64,000 bases of DNA, taken from contig CAZJKL010000005.1 in NCBI GenBank assembly GCA_964546655.1, forward strand, positions 8,220 to 72,219. The letters are read 5' to 3'. The position numbers and the translations under genes were made by a program. The DNA comes from an uncultured Bacteroidales bacterium (lineage in GTDB: Bacteria; Bacteroidota; Bacteroidia; Bacteroidales; CAZJKL01). Shown piece by piece: positions 44,798 through 52,638 of the stretch (the first letter of the stretch is position 1; each line of letters opens with the position of its first letter). Below the pieces are notes generated by a model. That model was not told the origin of the DNA. It saw nothing but the letters and a program-made list of their open reading frames with translations, and ran no database searches.

Positions 44798-47344
44798 TTA
44801 TTCTTTTATAATTTTAAAAAATTCAAATTTTTCTTCAAATTGTAATACTAAATAATATTGTCCGGTATTTAAATAAGATAAATTTAAATTATAATTGTTA
44901 TTATTTATACTTTTATTTTCAACAATTTTACCATTTATATCAAATACTTTAAGTCCTTCAAACTTTGATTTAGCATCAATACTTATTTCAGAGCTAAATG
45001 GGTTTGGGTAAAGAGATACAATTTTATTTTGATTTAATGATAAATCGGCTATACCATTATTGCCTTCAATTTTAAAAATTGCTTTATTTGCTGAAGACAA
45101 ACTATATCCGTCATAAATACAATATTTAATAGAGTCTATTCCATTGAAATTTTGATATGGATAGTATTCAAAAGAACCATCATTATTCAAATTAATATGT
45201 CCGTTTACCGGTGGTTCAATTATTAAAGCAATCATATTGTTCCCATCTAAATCAAAATCATTTTTTAAAAGACCGTCATTTGCAGAAACAGTTATTGGAT
45301 ATATTTCATCTGCAAAATTGAATGAATCTAAAATAGCTATAGCAGGAGTATTAAATTTTTGTAGATTATCTTTCATTACAAAATATGATTTTTTTAAACT
45401 CTCGTTTACTGTTGAATTTGTAACATTTACCCAAGGCTCCCAATTAAAACGTTTTTGAGAACTGTGCCATTTATCTTTATACAAAACAGAAATTGCAAAT
45501 CCATCAGAAATTGTATCTTCTTTTTCTGGTGTATTTCTATAATCATTAAATACTTTCATCTGATCAGGTGCAACAACATTTAAGTAGAACCAAGGTATTT
45601 TAACTATAATTTTATCGTCAAAAATGGTTACTGCATCTTTAGAAGACTCTGGCTGAAAACCATAATTTACTTGTAAATTTCCAATATATTGAACATCAGA
45701 ATGGAAAGAATTATTTCTTACTCGAACAATATTCCATGGAGCCCCATCTGTAGAAATAGAATGATATAATTGCTTTGGTTCTGAAATATTATGCCAAATA
45801 CCAAATATATCGTATGCTTCTGTTACTAATAATTTAGCCGAATAGTTGGTTAAATGTAATGCAAATTCGGAACGAGAAGGAATTGTATCGCCAGTAGGCA
45901 AAATAGATTCTCCTTTATTTGCTAAATAAGTATCAAGAGAAATCCAAAGTTCATCAGGAATATCCAAAGGATTTTTAATACCAATTTCTAATTGAAAAAA
46001 TGAATAATTAACTTCACAATTTAAATAAGTTATATCAGTATTATTATTTAAGGGAATTAAAGTATCGTTATAAATATCTTTTCCATAAGAAACTAAACCA
46101 TAATTTTGTTCGGCAGCTGAGCTATTGTGCCATAATATTCTACTATCAGGAATATAATCAATAGGATCTGTTATCCATGTTTTTTTAAACCATTCATCAA
46201 TCCATGCAAATTGAATCCCTCCACCACATCCAACATTTTTAATATTTTCAAGTAAACGTAAATTTGTTAGCCCTTGATTGTAGTCGTCAAAACCACCATG
46301 ATTCATTCCAGAAGAAGAATAATGAGCAATAGCCCAGCTTGAAGGAACTCCATATTCAGCAATTATCAATGGATATTTAGTATAATGTGATTTCAATTCA
46401 GTTAAATATCCCAAATAACTATTAGGACCAATTTTATCAGAATAAGATTGATAAGAAGATTGTAAGCTAATAAAATCAGGATAATAAGGATAAGCATGAT
46501 AACTTATAAATAATCCGGCTGGAGCATTAACAATTTCAATTTTAGATAAATCAAGTGAAGCTGTATCTTCTTCAGAATTAGCCTCTTCAATGTGAACTAT
46601 TGGGTCTAATGTTGGCCAACTTGAATTACTTACTGGTCTTTCGGTATTATATTCTGTTTTTTGATATTCTACTGTATAGTCTAACATGCTTGTAAACCAT
46701 GATTCAGCAGCACTTGCATTTGTAATTGAAAAATGATTTCCAGAAAAAGAGTTTATATTTGAGTTCATTGAATTAGTTGTTAAAACTTCAATTGGATAAA
46801 CTTCTCTTCCAATTATAAAAGCCAAACACCATTTTGAAACATCAACAGAATAATTGCCATAGGCTTTTCCTAAACGAGACGATATTGTCCTATTTCCATG
46901 AACACAATCAATATTTTCTTCAATTTCTTGTTTAAAAATATTAGTTAAAAAATATAAATCATGGTTATATCCATTTACTTCTTCTTCGAGCCATACCCCC
47001 TGAATAAATAATAATGGATTTTGCTGATTTGCATTATTAAATGAATCAAGCACTTCGTAAAATCTTGGATAATGGAGCGTATATAATCTTATACAATTAA
47101 ATCCTGCTTCTTTTATCTGTGCAAACCATCTAGAATAATCATTTCTACTTGCAGCCATTTCGCCTGGAAATGTACCTGGTATGGCAACTCCAAGATTAAT
47201 CCCTTTTATGAAAAATGGTAAATACTCTGTGCCATTCCAAATAGTTAGGTTAGTTTTGTTTGTTGAATATGGAATGTTTTGACCAAAAGTAAACTTATAA
47301 AATGATAAAATTATGAAAACACAAATTATTGCCTTATATCTCAT
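44798..47344 (-). CDS. secreted clan-GH-A-like glycoside hydrolase with cadherin-like domain and T9SS type-A C-terminal sorting domain
   Basis: 848 aa with a signal peptide. The TIM-barrel-like N-half has FIKGINLG, GFNCIRLY, IIGREV (candidate acid/base) and LIIAEYG (candidate nucleophile). A DGLLKNDFDLDGN...NDGSFEYYP Ig/cadherin-like module follows. The C-terminus reads LYPNPFSSEISI...GQYYLVL (Por secretion tail). Confidence 0.6.
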   Translation of the reverse strand: MRYKAIICVFIILSFYKFTFGQNIPYSTNKTNLTIWNGTEYLPFFIKGINLGVAIPGTFPGEMAASRNDYSRWFAQIKEAGFNCIRLYTLHYPRFYEVLDSFNNANQQNPLLFIQGVWLEEEVNGYNHDLYFLTNIFKQEIEENIDCVHGNRTISSRLGKAYGNYSVDVSKWCLAFIIGREVYPIEVLTTNSMNSNINSFSGNHFSITNASAAESWFTSMLDYTVEYQKTEYNTERPVSNSSWPTLDPIVHIEEANSEEDTASLDLSKIEIVNAPAGLFISYHAYPYYPDFISLQSSYQSYSDKIGPNSYLGYLTELKSHYTKYPLIIAEYGVPSSWAIAHYSSSGMNHGGFDDYNQGLTNLRLLENIKNVGCGGGIQFAWIDEWFKKTWITDPIDYIPDSRILWHNSSAAEQNYGLVSYGKDIYNDTLIPLNNNTDITYLNCEVNYSFFQLEIGIKNPLDIPDELWISLDTYLANKGESILPTGDTIPSRSEFALHLTNYSAKLLVTEAYDIFGIWHNISEPKQLYHSISTDGAPWNIVRVRNNSFHSDVQYIGNLQVNYGFQPESSKDAVTIFDDKIIVKIPWFYLNVVAPDQMKVFNDYRNTPEKEDTISDGFAISVLYKDKWHSSQKRFNWEPWVNVTNSTVNESLKKSYFVMKDNLQKFNTPAIAILDSFNFADEIYPITVSANDGLLKNDFDLDGNNMIALIIEPPVNGHINLNNDGSFEYYPYQNFNGIDSIKYCIYDGYSLSSANKAIFKIEGNNGIADLSLNQNKIVSLYPNPFSSEISIDAKSKFEGLKVFDINGKIVENKSINNNNYNLNLSYLNTGQYYLVLQFEEKFEFFKIIKE

Positions 47345-47346
47345 AG

Positions 47347-47745
47347 TTATTTGTTTTGTAAATAATTAACAACAGTATCACCGTATTTTTTATCAGTATT
47401 TAAGATATGAGACAAAAACCACTTTTTCATAAAATCAATTAGCTTTTTATATAACATTGGATTGTTATAATCAAGCTCTAGCTTCATTTTATTTATTCTA
47501 TCAATAAAATAAATATGCTGAGCTTTATGATTTTCAATATCATCATATCCCGACAATTCAAGTAATCTCTCTTCGGTATTAAAATGCTCATTTAAATAAT
47601 TTTCTAAAAAAAGTATAAATTTCGACAGATCTTTATTATTATTATCACCATCTTTAATTTCATTTTCAATTATTTTAAAGAACCCTCTATGTTGTTCGTC
47701 TATTATTTCAATATTTAATAAATATTTATTTTCCCAATCGTTCAT
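47347..47745 (-). CDS. bacteriohemerythrin
   Basis: 132 aa with ID.QH, HF..EE, H..QH and SHIL..D iron-ligand spacing (H, HxxxE, HxxxH, HxxxxD). Confidence 0.85.
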   Translation of the reverse strand: MNDWENKYLLNIEIIDEQHRGFFKIIENEIKDGDNNNKDLSKFILFLENYLNEHFNTEERLLELSGYDDIENHKAQHIYFIDRINKMKLELDYNNPMLYKKLIDFMKKWFLSHILNTDKKYGDTVVNYLQNK

Positions 47746-47760
47746 AATTTTAATTATATT

Positions 47761-49182
47761 TTAATTTGATTTATCAAAAGCAGTTCTAGTCATTTTTCCC
47801 CAACCTTTTTTATCACCTTTTATAAAATATGAATAATTTCCGACTATTGAAAAATACACATTTAATGGATGATATATTATAATTTCAAGTATCGAGATGA
47901 ATATTACAGAAAACAAAAATTTATATCCTTTATATCTGTTGAAAATTAAAGTTTCGTAAAAAATTGCGAATGATGAAAAAAATAGAGAAAATGAAAAAAC
48001 AAAAAGTAATAGTATTAAAAATATTTCAACATTAATACTTGCAAAGGTTAACATTATAAAGAAATAGATTAAACCTAAAGTTTCAATAATTGGTGCAAGC
48101 CATTCAAAAGCAACCCAATAAGGAAAACTCAACAACCCCATTTTACCGTATTTAGGATTAAATAGCATATTTTTATGTTTTAAAACGGTGTCTATAGAGC
48201 CTCTGGTCCAACGATTTCTTTGATTTTTTAATGTTTGTAACTTTGATGGAACTTCGGTCCAACATAATGGGTCTGGGATAAATGCTACTTTGTATTTTTG
48301 TTTAGTTTTTTCGTGCATATATTTTCGCATACGAATAACAAGTTCAAAATCTTCACCCACAGTTGTTCTGTCGTAACCTCCAACAGCCATTGCAATTTTT
48401 TTATCAAACAATCCAAAAGCACCCGAAATAATTAGCAACCCATTTATTCTACTCCAAGCCATTCTTCCTAATGTAAAAGCTCTAAAATACTCAAGTACTT
48501 GAAATTTTGCCCAAATATTTTTTGGAAAGTTTACATTTACAACTCGACCATCTTTAATTTCGCAAGAATTAGCAACTCTAACTACACCGCCAGCAGCAAT
48601 TACCTTTTTTTTATCTTCTTCAATAAATGGTTTTACCATTTTTAAAATTGCATCAGGTTCAATAATGCAATCTACATCAATTGCTAAAAACAATTCAGAA
48701 CGAGAGATGTTAATTCCTGCATTTAAGGCATCTGCTTTTCCACCATTTTCTTTATCAACATAAATTAAATTTAAATAAGCAACATTTGTTGATTTATAAA
48801 TGCCTCTAATTTTTTCTGTATCAATATTCTGCTTAAAAGCATAGTCAACCTTAGCCAAACTATAATAATCAATAACCTTTTGTAAGCTATTATCTTTACT
48901 TCCATCATTAACTACAATAACTTCAACTTTAGGATAATCTAATGACAATAAACTTCTAATATTCTGAATAATACTTGCTTCTTCGTTATAAGCTGGGGCA
49001 ATAATTGAAATTGAAGGCAAAACTTTATATTCTTTAATTGTTTTAAATCTAAAATGTTTCGATTTTTTAGTGTAAAAAGACAAATCTATTGATGAAATAA
49101 TAGCCATAAACATATAGCTTAAAAATAGTAATGAGCCATAAATCAAAAAAAAGAAATTTAAAATATCGTAAAAATTATTCAT
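47761..49182 (-). CDS. processive family-2 glycosyltransferase (PgaC/IcaA/BcsA-like synthase)
   Basis: 473 aa with an N-terminal TM segment, VVNDGSKD, AIDVDCI (DxD), VGEDFEL, QRNRWTRG (QxxRW) and a C-terminal 3-4 TM bundle. Confidence 0.85.
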   Translation of the reverse strand: MNNFYDILNFFFLIYGSLLFLSYMFMAIISSIDLSFYTKKSKHFRFKTIKEYKVLPSISIIAPAYNEEASIIQNIRSLLSLDYPKVEVIVVNDGSKDNSLQKVIDYYSLAKVDYAFKQNIDTEKIRGIYKSTNVAYLNLIYVDKENGGKADALNAGINISRSELFLAIDVDCIIEPDAILKMVKPFIEEDKKKVIAAGGVVRVANSCEIKDGRVVNVNFPKNIWAKFQVLEYFRAFTLGRMAWSRINGLLIISGAFGLFDKKIAMAVGGYDRTTVGEDFELVIRMRKYMHEKTKQKYKVAFIPDPLCWTEVPSKLQTLKNQRNRWTRGSIDTVLKHKNMLFNPKYGKMGLLSFPYWVAFEWLAPIIETLGLIYFFIMLTFASINVEIFLILLLFVFSFSLFFSSFAIFYETLIFNRYKGYKFLFSVIFISILEIIIYHPLNVYFSIVGNYSYFIKGDKKGWGKMTRTAFDKSN

Positions 49183-49192
49183 ATCAATTTAA

Positions 49193-50431
49193 TTAAATAC
49201 TTAAATATACATTTGAAATTTCGTTGTAAACCATTTTTATTTCTTTATTCTCAGAATTTTCATATGAATATAGAATTGAAAAATCATTTTCATATAATAG
49301 CTTCATAATTTCAATTTTAACTAACAATGATTGCTCTTCCAAGATATTTTTAAGAAATTCAATATACCTATCTGTTATTATTATTCTTGAATTTCTTACA
49401 ATTGTTAATTTTATTTCATCAGGTTGATTTTCAAAACCTTGAATTATTATATCAATAGCATCATCTTCAGGAATTATATTTAGCAATGAATCCCATCCTA
49501 ATTGTCGTAAATTTAAATCATTACTTTCAATAAAATTAATTATTAATGTAAGATTTTGAATGTTTTTTCTGAACCTATATTTGGCTAATAAAAGTCCAAT
49601 AATATTTTTTTGAGTATTTTTTGATGCAAGTAATGCTCTGTAATCAATATTCATTTTATTATTTTTGAGCACGGCGTTAACAATAATATTTGCATCAAGC
49701 ACCGATAATGTGTTTTTATCTCCAATAAATCTAGTAAGATCTTCTCCTGTTTCAACTAATCTTATTAAAGAAACATATGCCTCTGTTCTTAATGCTATAT
49801 TATTACTATTTGAATATTTAACTATAAGTTTCGTAAACGATTTTATGCGCAAATATGAAATAATTTTCATTGCAATAATTTTATCATCAAAATTTCGGTT
49901 ATATATTATTCTTGCAATCTTTTTATTAAGATTAAGATCATTAATTAAAATTTTAAAGTAATTGCTTAAATCAACAGATAAAACTTCTTGAATATGTAAA
50001 TAAGTATCAATAAATGATAACAATTGAATTCTTGTTCTTAAAAATTGTTTTATTGTTTTATAAAAATTATTCTTTGATTCTTGAGTTTTATAGTGTTCTG
50101 AAATAAAATAATCAGATAAAAGGGCTGCAAATATTTTATCGTATTTTAATTTCAATATAGCATTTCTGTTTCTTTTAATTGTATAATAAAGACTTAAAGG
50201 TATAAAAATTAAAACACAAATAATAGATAATGCAATAAAACAAAAAACAAGGTAAATCCAAATTGGAAAACTTGTAATAAAATTATAAAATGGATTTATT
50301 ATTATGTAATTATTAAGTATAACTTCTTGTTGCTGAAAAAAATAAACAATAACAAAAAATAAAACTACAAGGCTCAATAAAAAAAATTTTAAAAGCAATC
50401 TAGGCAAATAAAATAATATTGTATAAATCAT
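49193..50431 (-). CDS. membrane protein with cytoplasmic HEAT/ARM-like repeats
   Basis: 412 aa with 2-3 N-terminal TM helices, then about 300 aa of repeated helical units (NIALRTEAYVSLIRL, LRQLGWDSLLNI, LLVKIEIMKLLYE). No PilZ, GGDEF or MshEN motifs seen. Confidence 0.45.
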   Translation of the reverse strand: MIYTILFYLPRLLLKFFLLSLVVLFFVIVYFFQQQEVILNNYIIINPFYNFITSFPIWIYLVFCFIALSIICVLIFIPLSLYYTIKRNRNAILKLKYDKIFAALLSDYFISEHYKTQESKNNFYKTIKQFLRTRIQLLSFIDTYLHIQEVLSVDLSNYFKILINDLNLNKKIARIIYNRNFDDKIIAMKIISYLRIKSFTKLIVKYSNSNNIALRTEAYVSLIRLVETGEDLTRFIGDKNTLSVLDANIIVNAVLKNNKMNIDYRALLASKNTQKNIIGLLLAKYRFRKNIQNLTLIINFIESNDLNLRQLGWDSLLNIIPEDDAIDIIIQGFENQPDEIKLTIVRNSRIIITDRYIEFLKNILEEQSLLVKIEIMKLLYENDFSILYSYENSENKEIKMVYNEISNVYLSI

Positions 50432-50434
50432 TAT

Positions 50435-51664
50435 TTAAAGTTTAAATTTCATTATTAGTTCTAATGTAAATCGATTTCTAAAGTTATTTTTCATAAACTC
50501 TTCGTAAGAATATCCTATTGATAAATTTATTTCGTGATATTTATATAGCCGAGTGTTTTTTGCAAGTTTAAATTTATAATTACTTAAAAGCAATTGTTCT
50601 GAAGTTTGTGAAATAGAATAACGTTCATCGGGTGAATTTCCGTAAACAAGCTCAATTCCCCAATAATTTATCGGATTTTTTTGATAATATCTACTAGTTA
50701 AAATTGTAGTAAAAGATTTTTTTGATCCTTTGATTACATAAAAAGGGCGAAACATAAACCACATATTTTTTACATATGTATTAATATTTCCAGTAAATAT
50801 CAAAATATTACTTGTATCTGCATTAAAAAAACGTCCTCCTAAAGATATTTCGGTTGATTTTAATATTGGTAAATAAAATTCCAATCCTGCTTTATATTCC
50901 GGATATAGAGTTTTATTTATTCCTATTCCCAAATTACTATACAAATAAAGTTTTTTGTTGAAAAAATGATAGTAATCTACTTCTGGCTGAAAATCATCTA
51001 AATTAAATTTATTCACATAATTAAGACGTGGAATTAAAATATGTTTTTTAATTTTTATAGCATAATCAATAAATGAAATATATTGTGTATTGGTTACATT
51101 ATCATCAAAAAAGTCTAATGAGGAATAAAAAGAAATTATATTTGATTTTTTCAGACTTCGCATTTCAATATATAATTGCTTTATTGCTGTTGAATCTAAA
51201 AATGTTTTATTTTCTTCAATAAAGTTAATTCCTTTTTCAAATTCATTAGTATTTTTAAAAGCAATAGTTTTTTTCAAAATAATATTATAGTTATTATTAT
51301 AATTATTTTTTTTAGCTATTTCGCATACTTCAAAAAGTTTCTTATAATCTGATTTCCAAAGCAAAATATTAAGCCAAGTATCGTATAATTCGTTACTTAT
51401 AGGGTTAAGCATATATGCTTTTTCAATATCAAGAAGTGCTTTATCATATTCGCCTTTCCATGCCTTAATATTTGCAGCATATACAATAACATCATATCTA
51501 TTGGGTTGCATTTGCAAAATATTATCCACCTTTAACAAAGCTTCATCATATTTTTTATTACGAGCATCATTAATTGCAGAATTAAAAAGTGAATCTGAAT
51601 TAACTTGCGAAAATAATTCATTAATTAATAAAATAAATGAAATAAATATATATATAGTTTTCAT
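50435..51664 (-). CDS. TPR-repeat plus YaiO-like outer-membrane beta-barrel protein
   Basis: 409 aa with a signal peptide, about 170 aa of TPR-like repeats, then about 230 aa of alternating aromatic beta-strand pattern. The architecture resembles PgaA/NfrA. Overlaps the upstream receiver gene by 4 nt. Confidence 0.55.
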   Translation of the reverse strand: MKTIYIFISFILLINELFSQVNSDSLFNSAINDARNKKYDEALLKVDNILQMQPNRYDVIVYAANIKAWKGEYDKALLDIEKAYMLNPISNELYDTWLNILLWKSDYKKLFEVCEIAKKNNYNNNYNIILKKTIAFKNTNEFEKGINFIEENKTFLDSTAIKQLYIEMRSLKKSNIISFYSSLDFFDDNVTNTQYISFIDYAIKIKKHILIPRLNYVNKFNLDDFQPEVDYYHFFNKKLYLYSNLGIGINKTLYPEYKAGLEFYLPILKSTEISLGGRFFNADTSNILIFTGNINTYVKNMWFMFRPFYVIKGSKKSFTTILTSRYYQKNPINYWGIELVYGNSPDERYSISQTSEQLLLSNYKFKLAKNTRLYKYHEINLSIGYSYEEFMKNNFRNRFTLELIMKFKL

Positions 51665-52050
51665 GCATTATTCGTTTTATCGATATTCGATTTGAAAAGT
51701 TCTATTGCTTGTTCTGGATTAAATGGTTTGTTAATAAAGTAATTAGCTCCAATTAAAATTGCTTTTCTTTCACTGTCATGTTCTTTTACGCCAAAATAAA
51801 TAATAGGACACTTTATTTTTATATTTTCTCTTAAAAAAGAGATAAGTTCATAACTTGAAGTTCCTATTATTAAATCGTCAATTAAAACCAAATCAATATC
51901 ATCATTCTTAGATAGTTCATTTGCCTCTGAAAATGAATCAAACACTTTAAATTTAACTTCACTGAAACACTTTTCTAATAATTTTTTAATAATTTCAGAA
52001 AGCACAATATCGCAGGTAAAAAGAATAATATTGGGGGTATTTGAATTCAT
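51661..52050 (-). CDS. stand-alone response-regulator receiver domain (atypical)
   Basis: 129 aa with a CheY-like fold pattern. LVLID (phospho-Asp position) and NKPF (Lys) are conserved, but the acidic pair reads CD and the Thr/Ser position reads G. Confidence 0.7.
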   Translation of the reverse strand: MNSNTPNIILFTCDIVLSEIIKKLLEKCFSEVKFKVFDSFSEANELSKNDDIDLVLIDDLIIGTSSYELISFLRENIKIKCPIIYFGVKEHDSERKAILIGANYFINKPFNPEQAIELFKSNIDKTNNA

Positions 52051-52133
52051 TATTTTTTTATGTTATGTATTAATAGCGTCCTAAATGTAAAAAAAAAAGA
52101 AAAAATAAGAGAAAGAAATTAAGTATCTCAAAT

Positions 52134-52141
52134 TATCTTTG
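52134..52141 (+). promoter_or_regulatory. candidate -7 box TATCTTTG (IS-internal promoter)
   Basis: Lies 29 nt upstream of the transposase ATG at 52170. Confidence 0.35.
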
Positions 52142-52169
52142 AGTTCACACAACAAAATAACTTTCTCTT

Positions 52170-52637
52170 ATGACAAATATAACTTTGTTTTCACAAATAA
52201 TTTCAAAATTAGATAGAATAAATTTTTCAAAACTTGTAAAATCTAAGCAAACAGATAAGCACCACAAGGGTTACAATAGTTGGACTCACTTGGTGTCTAT
52301 GTTATTTTGCCATTTTGCAAAAAGTCAATCTGTAAGAGATATCAGTAATGGTCTTCGTTCAGCTACAGGCAACCTAAATCATCTTGGTATCGCAAAGGCT
52401 CCATCTAAATCCACTATCAGTTATCAGAACAAACATCGCAACTGGGAACTGTTTAGAGAGTACTATTATCAGTTATTTGGAAGTTTAGGACAGCAAGTTG
52501 GGTTTAAGCAAGTAAAGTTTAAAATTAAGAGCAAAATATTTCTTTTAGATTCCACTACTATCAGTTTGTGTTTATCTCTTTTTGATTGGGCAAAATACAA
52601 GACCTCTAAAGGAGCTGTAAAAATGTGTTTTGGGTAG
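52170..52637 (+). pseudogene. IS4-family transposase, N-terminal (DUF4372) fragment only
   Basis: The 155-aa ORF matches the conserved N-terminus of Bacteroidota IS4-family transposases (LFSQIISKL, SWTHLVSMLFC, VRDISNGL, GNLNHLGI, LDSTTISLCLSLFDWA). It stops at GAVKMCFG*, where full-length proteins continue into the DDE domain (about 380-400 aa from memory). Confidence 0.8.
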
Positions 52638-52638
52638 T

